DNA of 45,255 nt from a virus. The stretch is taken from the IMG/VR virus record IMGVR_UViG_3300028588_000003, positions 1 to 45,255 of that record, one strand, 5' to 3'. Position numbers and translations under genes: made by a program. Positions 27,721-35,470 of the stretch are shown in pieces (the stretch's first letter is position 1; each line of letters opens with the position of its first letter). The notes under the pieces are model-generated. The model made no database searches, was not told where the DNA came from, and saw only the letters and a list, made by a program, of their open reading frames with translations.

Positions 27721-27960
27721 TTATTTCTCCAGGTTGTTGGTCTTGGGTTGCTGCTGGAATTGCAGGTACGGCAGTCGGATGAACTGGTGGAACCGCTTCT
27801 CCGCCGCCGCGTCGCGATCGATATCGCCGCGCGAGCGCACGCCGCAGATGGCGCGCACGCTGTGCGCCGCCGTCGCTTCGTCGGGCACGCGCAGGAAGCG
27901 CTGGAAGTCGGCCTCGCGGCAGCGCAGCGCGACCCAGCGGCTCAATAAGTGTTTCATCAC
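27721..27960 (-). CDS. Hypothetical protein (79 aa)
   Basis: Compact ORF with a 4-nt overlap to the upstream gene. Confidence 0.55.
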   Translation of the reverse strand: MMKHLLSRWVALRCREADFQRFLRVPDEATAAHSVRAICGVRSRGDIDRDAAAEKRFHQFIRLPYLQFQQQPKTNNLEK

Positions 27961-28493
27961 CTACTCCTCGCAAATTCGGCGTGCAGCTGCTGGCGAAGGG
28001 TGGTGACCCATGTCTCAGCTCCGGTAATGCTGTCAAAAAGAGCTGAGTGTCGAGTACCGCGGTGCGTTAGCTGCGCGCGCCACTTCAGTTCGGACGGGCT
28101 CCAGCAAACGCCCTTGATACCCGTCCGGTTATTGCGCGGAATCGCCGAGTTGGACGCGTTCTGCTCCCGCGTGGCCAGGCGCAAATTCGCCGGGCGGTTG
28201 TTGCTCGTATCACCATCGGCGTGGTCTACCTGGAGTTCCGCCGGATCAGTTCCGGTTGCGAGGTAGAACACGATCCTGTGGCTGTAGTAGCGCTTGCCAT
28301 CGATGTTGATCTTCCGATACCCGTGCTCAGCCGTACCGGCCGCCTTGCTTGCGTAGCGACCATTCCAACGGGCCGCCACAATGCGGTTCGCGAAATGCGT
28401 CATCGGCCGGCGTTTCCAGAACAGCGAACCGTCGTCGATCAGCCGCAGGCAGGTGCGCAGGTAGCTGAGTGGCGGGAGCGGAAGGTTTTCCAT
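27957..28493 (-). CDS. HNH endonuclease with AP2-like DNA-binding domain
   Basis: YYSHRIVFYLATG...VDHADGDTSNNRPANLRLATREQN (HNH_3 type), followed by GIKGVCWSPSELKWRAQL (AP2-like). Confidence 0.75.
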   Translation of the reverse strand: MENLPLPPLSYLRTCLRLIDDGSLFWKRRPMTHFANRIVAARWNGRYASKAAGTAEHGYRKINIDGKRYYSHRIVFYLATGTDPAELQVDHADGDTSNNRPANLRLATREQNASNSAIPRNNRTGIKGVCWSPSELKWRAQLTHRGTRHSALFDSITGAETWVTTLRQQLHAEFARSR

Positions 28494-28495
28494 GG

Positions 28496-30343
28496 TTAAG
28501 CAGCCTTGGCCTGGGCCACGTTGGTGACGTGGCGGATCAGCGCGGCGCACATCGCGGGGAACGAAGTCTCGTGGTACAGCTTTGCCGACTTGTCGGTTGC
28601 GGCCGGCGCGAAGCCCAGGCGAGCCAGGCCGTCGGCGGTGACGGCGATGGGCGCCAGGCGCTCGTTGATCTGGCCGAGGCGCAGGGCTGGCGGCGTGCTG
28701 ACGGCTGCTGGGCGCGCGGCGGCGATCGGCGTGACCTGGGCGGCCTGCACTTCCTGGAAGCCCGGGTCGTCTGTCGGCGTCGCGACCGCTGGTGCCGGTG
28801 CCGGCGCGGCGCTGGCCTGCTGTGCCGCGCGCGCTGCCGCTTCGCCGCGTGCACGCGCCGCGGCAACGCTGCCGGCCTGCTCCTCGAGCTGGCGCTTCGT
28901 CTCGACCGCAACCCGGGCGCGCTCGATCGCTTCAGCTTCGGCGGCGACGCGCGCGGCCTCGGCCTGCTCCTGGCGCACCTTCTCCGCGGCTGCCGCCTCA
29001 GCCTTCACGCGCTCCTCCTCGGCGATCCGCGCGCGCAGCGCATCGGCCTTCGCCTGCTCGGCCGCTTCGTGCTCGGCGATGCGCATCTTCACCAGTGCCG
29101 CCAGGTCGTCGGGCGCCTTCAGCACGATCGACGCGGTGTCGGCGAACAGGAATGCATGGGCGCCGGCCAGCTCGCGCAGCGTGCCCAAGTTGATCTGGAT
29201 GCGGTCGGCGATCGCGTTCGCTTCGATCTTGAAGCGCGCCAGCTCGGTGTCGACGGCGTCGCGCAGGCTGGTGACGGTCTTCTTGCCCTTCATGACGCCG
29301 GCGAAGTCGACCAGCACGGTGGGCATGTACGGCTTGCCGAGGCGCGCGTTCAGCGCGGCGATGTGCGCCGCTGCCTTGTCCTTGCCAGCCTGCTGGATCT
29401 CGACACGAATGGTTTCCTTGCGGGCCTTGACGACCTTTTCCAGCATCAGACGCGTCTTGCGCGCCAGGTCCTTGTAACTGGCGACCGTCTTCACCATTTC
29501 GTCGACCGTCGAGATCTGGCCCAGGGCCGATGCCTCGGCGGCGCCCAGCGCGTGCTCGGCCCGCTCCATCACCTTGATCGCCTGCTCGGCGTCGGCGAAT
29601 GCCTGGTCGTCGCTCGGGTTCGTGTCGATGTCGGCCACGAACGCTTTCAGCTTCTCACCGAACAGCACCAGGTTGTGGTTCAGGGTCAGCTGGCCATCGA
29701 CGCGGATCGAGAGCGCCGGCAGGTCCTGCACCGCGGCGGCGACCGGCGGCGGCAGCACCTCGATGTGCTCGTACGTCGCCAGGTCCTGCTCGAACTGCGC
29801 CCAGCCGGCGATGATCTCTGCGCGCAGTTTCTCATCCGGCGCATACCAAAAATGCCGCTCCTCGATCAGGCCGTCGTTGGCGTCCCAGCAGGTCGCGAGG
29901 AACAAGCAGCCGCCAGCGCCAGACACGAGCAGCTGCTGCTCCATCTGCACGCGGTAGTGCAGCCCCAGGTGCTCCGCTACGTGACATGAGCGGATGTCGT
30001 CGTTCAGGGTCTTGTGCTCCCACACCACATCCTCGCCCAGAGTGATGCCGTCGAACGACGCGGAGAGTTTGCCGAGCGAGCCGGTGATGGGATACAGCTC
30101 TTCGCCGACCAGTTCCTCGGCACGTGGGCGGGCCAGCGCTTCGAAGCGATGTCCGTCGTCGAAGCGAGCCTGCGTGACCGGGTCGACTTCCGGCGCAGTG
30201 CCGGTGTGGCGCTCCTGCAGCAGGTCAGTGCGACTGCGATATGGCGAGCAGCCCATCATGGCCGGTGCGTCGCTGGCATTGAAGTGCGCGGCGCGGTAGG
30301 CGTGCCAATCGGGGCTACCCTGAATAAGCGAGTGCGTAATCAT
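28496..30343 (-). CDS. YqaJ/lambda-exo-type recombination exonuclease fused to a ~400-aa coiled-coil/Ala-rich C-terminal extension
   Basis: The N-terminus SLIQGSPDWHAYRAAHFNASDAPAMMG...WEHKTLN...YRVQMEQQLLVSG is YqaJ-like. AAGGA RBS lies 7 nt before ATG 30343. The rest of the 615 aa is unrelated to the nuclease fold. Confidence 0.8.
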   Translation of the reverse strand: MITHSLIQGSPDWHAYRAAHFNASDAPAMMGCSPYRSRTDLLQERHTGTAPEVDPVTQARFDDGHRFEALARPRAEELVGEELYPITGSLGKLSASFDGITLGEDVVWEHKTLNDDIRSCHVAEHLGLHYRVQMEQQLLVSGAGGCLFLATCWDANDGLIEERHFWYAPDEKLRAEIIAGWAQFEQDLATYEHIEVLPPPVAAAVQDLPALSIRVDGQLTLNHNLVLFGEKLKAFVADIDTNPSDDQAFADAEQAIKVMERAEHALGAAEASALGQISTVDEMVKTVASYKDLARKTRLMLEKVVKARKETIRVEIQQAGKDKAAAHIAALNARLGKPYMPTVLVDFAGVMKGKKTVTSLRDAVDTELARFKIEANAIADRIQINLGTLRELAGAHAFLFADTASIVLKAPDDLAALVKMRIAEHEAAEQAKADALRARIAEEERVKAEAAAAEKVRQEQAEAARVAAEAEAIERARVAVETKRQLEEQAGSVAAARARGEAAARAAQQASAAPAPAPAVATPTDDPGFQEVQAAQVTPIAAARPAAVSTPPALRLGQINERLAPIAVTADGLARLGFAPAATDKSAKLYHETSFPAMCAALIRHVTNVAQAKAA

Positions 30344-30362
30344 GTCATTTTCCTTCGTTGCG

Positions 30363-31133
30363 TTATTCGGCTTCATGACCCCAGCTGTCGATCGTCAGCT
30401 TCTGGTCTTCGGTGAGGATGGTCTTCGTGCTCAGCATCGCGACCAGGGCGGCCGGCGTCTTCTTGCCCGACAGGACGATGTCGCGCCAGGCGGGCGTGTT
30501 CTCGGCGAACTTCTCGGGCGTGCACTCCGGCAGCGGCGCGGCCACCTGGGCGGTACGCGCAGCGGCTGCTGCTGGCGCCGGCGTGATGTCGCGCTCGACA
30601 CGTTCGTCGGCCGGGTAGTCGCGCAGCTCCTCGATCGACTTGATGCCCTTGAGCGCGTCGGCGAACAGGTCGCGCGCGGCGAAGGCGAAGGCGCGCATCT
30701 GCAGCATCCGCTTCGGCGCCGTCTGCCATGGCCCCTGCTTACCGGCCAGGCCTGCCTTCTTCGCGTCTTCCATCGTGAAGGTCGTCACCACCGCCGAGCG
30801 GCCGCGCCGCTTCAAGGTGACGGTGCACTGGGTTTCCTGTTTGTCTTCGTGCAGATCCTCGAACTCGGGATGGCTGATCACCAGCGCGCGCATCGCATCG
30901 CCCCACACGCCCGGGCGGCCGTTGATGACCGAGATACCCTGCAGCGACTGCATCGGCTTGAGGCCCAGCTCGGCGCCAGTTTGCACGGCGACCAGGACGT
31001 TGCCGGGCTTACCGACGTAATCCTTCGGCACCATGTCGGACTTGGCGATGATGTTCGCGAACTCCATGGCTTCGGCCAGGTTGCGCGGGGCAAGGGAGAA
31101 CGTCTGTTCGCCCGTGGTGGTGAGGTCGTTCAT
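30363..31133 (-). CDS. recT: RecT-family single-strand annealing protein
   Basis: AMEFANIIAKSDMVPKDYVGKPGNVLVAVQTGAELGLKPMQSLQGISVINGRPGVWGD...MLQMRAFAFAARD is typical RecT sequence. Confidence 0.85.
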   Translation of the reverse strand: MNDLTTTGEQTFSLAPRNLAEAMEFANIIAKSDMVPKDYVGKPGNVLVAVQTGAELGLKPMQSLQGISVINGRPGVWGDAMRALVISHPEFEDLHEDKQETQCTVTLKRRGRSAVVTTFTMEDAKKAGLAGKQGPWQTAPKRMLQMRAFAFAARDLFADALKGIKSIEELRDYPADERVERDITPAPAAAAARTAQVAAPLPECTPEKFAENTPAWRDIVLSGKKTPAALVAMLSTKTILTEDQKLTIDSWGHEAE

Positions 31134-31248
31134 GGTTTCCTTCGTGGTTAAAAGCCGGTGAAGTAGGTGCGCACGGCGCGCGTGATTGCCTTGCGGCGGC
31201 CGAAGCCGGCGATCAAGCTCAGGCGGTACTGGTTGCGGAAGTGACGGA

Positions 31249-31752
31249 TCATGGGTTGCATTCCCTGGGCAAGAAATCACCGCGCTGCGGTGCCACATAG
31301 CGCATGTAAGCGTCGTGCGCAGCCTCCTTTGTTGCGTGTGTTCCCAGGTACTTCGAGACGCCGCCGATATTGGCCTGCGCCTGCCAGCGGCCGCTCGGCA
31401 GCTTTGCGATGCCGCGCAGGCCATGGCGATTCTTGTGCACGCGGTTCGTGCTGTTCTGCTCGTCCGTGACGACGCGCAGGTTTTCGATCCGGTTGTCAGC
31501 CGGGTTGCGGTTGATGTGGTCGATCAGACCCTTCGGCCATTCGCCATGGAAGAGCGCCCAGGCCAGCCGGTGGCAGGCGATCTGCTTGCTCTGGAAGCGC
31601 ACGCGCAGGTAGCCCTCCTTGTCCAGCGAGCCGCATGCAACGCCGGCAGGACGATGTTTCCCAGTGCCGACCCAAAGCACATCGCCCGTTTCGGGAACGT
31701 AGGTGAAGTGCTGCGCCAGCTCCGCCGGCGTGAAGTGTTCAGTGAAATTCAA
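31249..31752 (-). CDS. HNH endonuclease with AP2-like domain (second copy, divergent)
   Basis: IACHRLAWALFHGEWPKGLIDHINRNPADNRIENLRVVTDEQN, then GIAKLPSGRWQAQ. Only a TTG start fits: GAGAGG RBS, TTGA overlap with the upstream stop. Confidence 0.65.
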   Translation of the reverse strand: MNFTEHFTPAELAQHFTYVPETGDVLWVGTGKHRPAGVACGSLDKEGYLRVRFQSKQIACHRLAWALFHGEWPKGLIDHINRNPADNRIENLRVVTDEQNSTNRVHKNRHGLRGIAKLPSGRWQAQANIGGVSKYLGTHATKEAAHDAYMRYVAPQRGDFLPRECNP

Positions 31753-31982
31753 AGCACACCTCTCTCGATGCCCATGCGGCGCGCGGCCAGGCGGGACGCC
31801 TGCTCGGCGGCCTGCTGCTTGAGGACCGATGCCTCGACGCGCACGCCTTCGAAGTAGTCGACGTTCTGCTCGGCGGTCGCCAGCTGCGCGCGCACCATGG
31901 CCAGGCGCAGTGGCTTCGTGGCGCGGCGCACAAGACGACGCAGGACGCGGACCGGGCCTCGGAGGATGCGGGCGGCGGTCAT
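31749..31982 (-). CDS. Hypothetical small basic protein (77 aa)
   Basis: ORF in operon context. Weak evidence only. Confidence 0.45.
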   Translation of the reverse strand: MTAARILRGPVRVLRRLVRRATKPLRLAMVRAQLATAEQNVDYFEGVRVEASVLKQQAAEQASRLAARRMGIERGVL

Positions 31983-32356
31983 GCCTCCTCCGATTCACGC
32001 TCGGCCGTGACGGTGTCGCCATCGTTCAGTGGGTACCAGTTGCCGTAGGCTGTCTGAACCACTCGTCCGTAGCCATTGGTGCGCATGTTGCTGAGAAGGA
32101 TGCGAGAGCGGTCTCCCTCCATCGCTTGCACCTGCTCGAGGGTGAATTCTTTGCCGAAGTAGGTCCAAGGGCTGTAATTCTTCGGCTGGCCGACCAGTTT
32201 TTCGCCATCGACCACGGCTTCGTGGCGCGTGAAGAAGCGATAGCCGGTAGCTTGACCGGGGATCGTCGCTGGCAGTTCGCGGCACGGCACCGGCCGGCTG
32301 CTGCTCTCCGCGAAGAATGTCCCTGGGTACAGGAACTCGATGTGAGTGACGTCCAT
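31979..32356 (-). CDS. Hypothetical protein (125 aa)
   Basis: AGGAGAG RBS before ATG 32356. Protein-like sequence MDVTHIEFLYPGTFF... Confidence 0.6.
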   Translation of the reverse strand: MDVTHIEFLYPGTFFAESSSRPVPCRELPATIPGQATGYRFFTRHEAVVDGEKLVGQPKNYSPWTYFGKEFTLEQVQAMEGDRSRILLSNMRTNGYGRVVQTAYGNWYPLNDGDTVTAERESEEA

Positions 32357-32399
32357 TTCCCTACTCTCCTGGTTGGCGCCGGCGCGGCCGGCTCGGTTG

Positions 32400-32690
32400 T
32401 TATTCGTTTGCGGCTGCGAGCGCGGCGTCGGCCGCTTTGCAGAGCCGGCACATGTCCGCGTGGTGCGGCTCGGTGATGTCGTGGTCGTGCTTGAGCATGC
32501 GCACCGCGTCGACCAGCTGCTGGTGCGCGTTCCACACGGTGACCAGGCGGCGGGAATGCACCTCGCGGTCGACCTTCTGCTCGGCATCCAGGTGGACCGC
32601 GCTGGTCAGGACGGTGACTGGGAAAGCCAGGCCGCGGATCTCGCGGACAACTGGGTAGCCGGCATCGTCGAGGGTGAGCAGCGGGCTCAT
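32400..32690 (-). CDS. Hypothetical protein (96 aa)
   Basis: ORF in the leftward early operon. Confidence 0.55.
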   Translation of the reverse strand: MSPLLTLDDAGYPVVREIRGLAFPVTVLTSAVHLDAEQKVDREVHSRRLVTVWNAHQQLVDAVRMLKHDHDITEPHHADMCRLCKAADAALAAANE

Positions 32691-32692
32691 GG

Positions 32693-33040
32693 TCAGGCCG
32701 CCTTCGCGTCGATCGCGCGCTCGATGCGCTGCTCGTCCTGGGATTCCTTGCGGCGGCGGGCACCGGCCGCCATCTCGTTGCGCGCCTGGTGCTCGCCCTG
32801 GTCGAGGGCCAGCTGCTGCAACAGCGTGAGGAAGGCGTTCTTGCCCTGCGCGGTCTCGCGGATCAGCGCGGCCAGCGCCTGGTCGTCGCCGAGGAAGGTG
32901 CCCAGGTCTTCGATCATCACGGCGGTGTTCAGGCGGCTGCCGGCCTTGAGCGCGAGCAGGATCACGTGCGCCTTCTCGCGGGTCAGGCGGTCAAGCTCAG
33001 CTTGGTGTTGCAGGTCGTCGGTAGGGTCGTGCAGGGCCAT
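32693..33040 (-). CDS. Hypothetical protein (115 aa), first gene of the leftward early operon
   Basis: First ORF downstream of the PL-like promoter. Confidence 0.55.
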   Translation of the reverse strand: MALHDPTDDLQHQAELDRLTREKAHVILLALKAGSRLNTAVMIEDLGTFLGDDQALAALIRETAQGKNAFLTLLQQLALDQGEHQARNEMAAGARRRKESQDEQRIERAIDAKAA

Positions 33041-33088
33041 GGTGGTCTCCAGTCGGCGGCTCGGGTTGAGCTCGTTTCGATGGAGATA

Positions 33089-33117
33089 ATTTTAGGCATA
33101 CCTAAAGACAAAGGCAA
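33089..33117 (-). promoter_or_regulatory. PL-like early leftward promoter (TTGCCT-17-TAAAAT)
   Basis: The minus strand reads TTGCCT (33117-33112), a 17-nt spacer, then TAAAAT (33094-33089). An operator copy overlaps the spacer and -10. Confidence 0.65.
33092..33105. promoter_or_regulatory. Operator OL-a, TTAGGCATACCTAA
   Basis: TTAGG-N4-CCTAA dyad, same family as the sites at 36475-36546. Confidence 0.65.
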
Positions 33118-33126
33118 GAACTATTT

Positions 33127-33140
33127 TTAGGCATGGCTAA
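33127..33140. promoter_or_regulatory. Operator OL-b, TTAGGCATGGCTAA (one arm mismatch)
   Basis: 13/14 match to the perfect palindrome at 36533-36546. Confidence 0.55.
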
Positions 33141-33235
33141 TTTTGGTACACTGTAGTCTCCCTGCTTGGACATCGAGCGAGCGGCGCCGGCGCACAGGCG
33201 CAAAAAGCCCGCTCGTGGCGGGCATGGAGGATGGG

Positions 33236-33748
33236 ATGGAACAGGTAGATTTGGGCAACGCCCAAGGTAGTGGCGTTATCGACCCTTGGAAACTGCCGCG
33301 TCCTTGGGAGTTGCGCGAGCGGGGCGACGTGAAACGGAACCTGCGCGAGGCGCGAGTCTGGGGGCGATACATCGCTCGGAGTTACGACCGAGGCTGCACA
33401 GGCTTCGACGGTGCTCTGTTGCTAGATCTAATCGAGCGCGCCAGGGTAGATCTTGAGTGGTTACGGATTTATGGAGGAAAGGTCGATGACGAAGCTCGCC
33501 AGCGTGCGCATATTAAGATTCAGGAGCAGCTGAGCGCCGCCGAAATAGGTGTCACCCGGCTTCTGGGCATTCCTTGCGAATTCGGGCAATATAGTCTTCG
33601 AAATAAGCCTTTGACCCATCCAATGTTCGCCACCATTCCGCCTTTAACGGGTCTGTATCGACGCGCATTCGAAAGTCAGCAGATGCCCGCTGAAGCGCCC
33701 ACCCAAGAAAACGGGCGGGACCAGTCGACGGTACCTTCCGACCATTAA
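33236..33748 (+). CDS. Hypothetical protein (170 aa from ATG 33236)
   Basis: GGAGGA RBS before ATG 33236. The N-terminal two thirds look protein-like. The 3' 197 nt overlap a convergent ORF. Confidence 0.45.
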   Translation: MEQVDLGNAQGSGVIDPWKLPRPWELRERGDVKRNLREARVWGRYIARSYDRGCTGFDGALLLDLIERARVDLEWLRIYGGKVDDEARQRAHIKIQEQLSAAEIGVTRLLGIPCEFGQYSLRNKPLTHPMFATIPPLTGLYRRAFESQQMPAEAPTQENGRDQSTVPSDH

Positions 33749-33920
33749 TCCTGCAGGATGAGTTGGCGGTTTTGATGTCGTTCTTGAGCTCGGTCGTTGC
33801 CGCAACCAGTTGGTCCGTGCCAGCACTTCCTGGCCGGTCGGCGAGCATCAGCTCGATTCGGTTGCGAAAGCTCTCCATTACCTCCCGCGCCCAAATAGCC
33901 TCTTCGATTATCTCGTCCAT
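33552..33920 (-). CDS. Hypothetical protein (122 aa)
   Basis: Protein-like sequence throughout (MDEIIEEAIWAREVMESFRNRIELML...AEWWRTLDGSKAYFEDYIARIRKE). No clear SD. Overlaps the 3' end of 33236..33748. Confidence 0.5.
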   Translation of the reverse strand: MDEIIEEAIWAREVMESFRNRIELMLADRPGSAGTDQLVAATTELKNDIKTANSSCRINGRKVPSTGPARFLGWALQRASADFRMRVDTDPLKAEWWRTLDGSKAYFEDYIARIRKECPEAG

Positions 33921-34029
33921 TTTTCAGTCAACCTGTGGCGAATCCTGGTTTATTCTCATCCATTGAGCGCATCCTCGAATCGCGCTAGACTGTCCGCAGC
34001 ACAGTAATCCCCTCCAAATCAAGGAAAAA

Positions 34030-34545
34030 ATGAAAGAGCTACTCGATTACATTGAAAATGAAGCACGGGTAAATGCCGCCTTTCACATTGCCAATGCTGA
34101 CAGCCTAACGAAAGAAAGTAATACCCTGCTCAATTTGCTGCTTGCGGGCGCGGGCGGCGCCTTAGCCCTTCTCGTGTCCCTACTCCAGAAGACCACACCC
34201 GCTCCGACGTGGCAATTGTGGGCAGTCGGCGCAGCCGCGGTCTACCTGTTTGCACTGGCCGGACTGGTTGTCCGCAAGTGCCTGTGGGTTCAAGACATCT
34301 GGCCGCCAGCGAACGATCCACGAAATTTTCCGCTGACGGGGTATTCGCTAGACCAGATCCGGCAATTTGACCTGGAGAACAAGCAGCGGTGCTGCGACAG
34401 CAACCGACTCCGAAATGAAGGCGTCGGAATATGGCTCAACCGCTGTCGCTCCCTGGCAGCTGCAACGCCGCTCGTTACCGCTTTGGTGGCGTTGGCTGCG
34501 GCTGTGGTTGCGGCCGGGGGTCTGGCTGCCTATTGGGCTGGTTGA
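34030..34545 (+). CDS. Three-TM membrane protein (171 aa)
   Basis: AAGGAAAAA RBS. Soluble N-terminal helix, two closely spaced TM helices (LLNLLLAGAGGALALLVSLL and WQLWAVGAAAVYLFALAGLVV), a ~75-aa loop, then a C-terminal TM. Confidence 0.65.
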   Translation: MKELLDYIENEARVNAAFHIANADSLTKESNTLLNLLLAGAGGALALLVSLLQKTTPAPTWQLWAVGAAAVYLFALAGLVVRKCLWVQDIWPPANDPRNFPLTGYSLDQIRQFDLENKQRCCDSNRLRNEGVGIWLNRCRSLAAATPLVTALVALAAAVVAAGGLAAYWAG

Positions 34546-34681
34546 ATGGCTCTTCGCTCCGTCGGCCTGGCTGCGGCATTGGAATGGGATTATTCATTTC
34601 AGTAAGCATATTCTTCGTCTCCGTGCGGCATCCAGGCGTGCCGCGTCACCGTTAATCATCATCCTGCGGCAAATCGAGGTA

Positions 34682-35434
34682 TCACATTGAAAGCGATTTT
34701 TCAATAAATGGTTTAAATCCCCGATATACCTTAGTGCGCCTGAAGCGACAAGCACTTTCGGAAGCAATACTTTCTTTACAGGAGGGGGTTATTTTCACGA
34801 TCTCGACAGTCCCAGCGCGCGGCATTTTTATAACTGCTATTCCCAGCTTTCCATCGTCCGTCGGGTTATATGTTTCAATAATCGTGTCCGTTGCGACCTG
34901 GATCTTCTGATCGGCATTCTCGCGCACGTAGATCTGTGCTAACGCAAATACCTTATTGCATGTAGCCTTGTCATTACAGATAACGACAGAACTTTCCGCA
35001 GCCTCTATCTCTGCAGATATTTCCCGAAGTCGCTCAACCCTTTCTCGCTCGCGTTTCGCTGCGGCCAGTTCTTCCTCACGTGCTAACGCCGCATTCTTTA
35101 GATCGTTTTGACGTATCCATTCGGCCGCGAGTCGGTCTCGAGCCGCTTGGGATATGATGCCGCCCTCTGGCACGTCCACTATTCTGCCATCGACAACGTT
35201 AAATTCGATCGCTCCGTATTGGGTGCCATCGTAAGCACGGATATTCCCAGGGCGCCACACCACTTTGCCGGCGTGTCGATGAGTAGGTTGCATTCCCAGC
35301 AGCGCACTCGCTTCTTCGACTGACATGCCGTTTGTAACTAAATTGGCTTTTTCGCGCGCACCCTTAAAAGCTTGCGAAGCACAGCCGGTCAACATAGTCG
35401 AAGCAATGATAAGAATGGTCAGAAGTTTTTTCAT
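34682..35434 (-). CDS. Lipoprotein with BamE/SmpA-OmlA-like N-domain, coiled coil and Cys-containing C-domain
   Basis: Signal peptide MKKLLTILIIASTMLTG|C with an LTGC lipobox. GMSVEEASALLGMQP...VVWRPGN...IEFNVVDGRIV resembles BamE. An alternative start at 35452 adds 6 aa. Confidence 0.7.
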   Translation of the reverse strand: MKKLLTILIIASTMLTGCASQAFKGAREKANLVTNGMSVEEASALLGMQPTHRHAGKVVWRPGNIRAYDGTQYGAIEFNVVDGRIVDVPEGGIISQAARDRLAAEWIRQNDLKNAALAREEELAAAKRERERVERLREISAEIEAAESSVVICNDKATCNKVFALAQIYVRENADQKIQVATDTIIETYNPTDDGKLGIAVIKMPRAGTVEIVKITPSCKESIASESACRFRRTKVYRGFKPFIEKSLSM

Positions 35435-35470
35435 TATTTTCCAGTTCGGCATCTTGGCGTTCCGCAGCGC

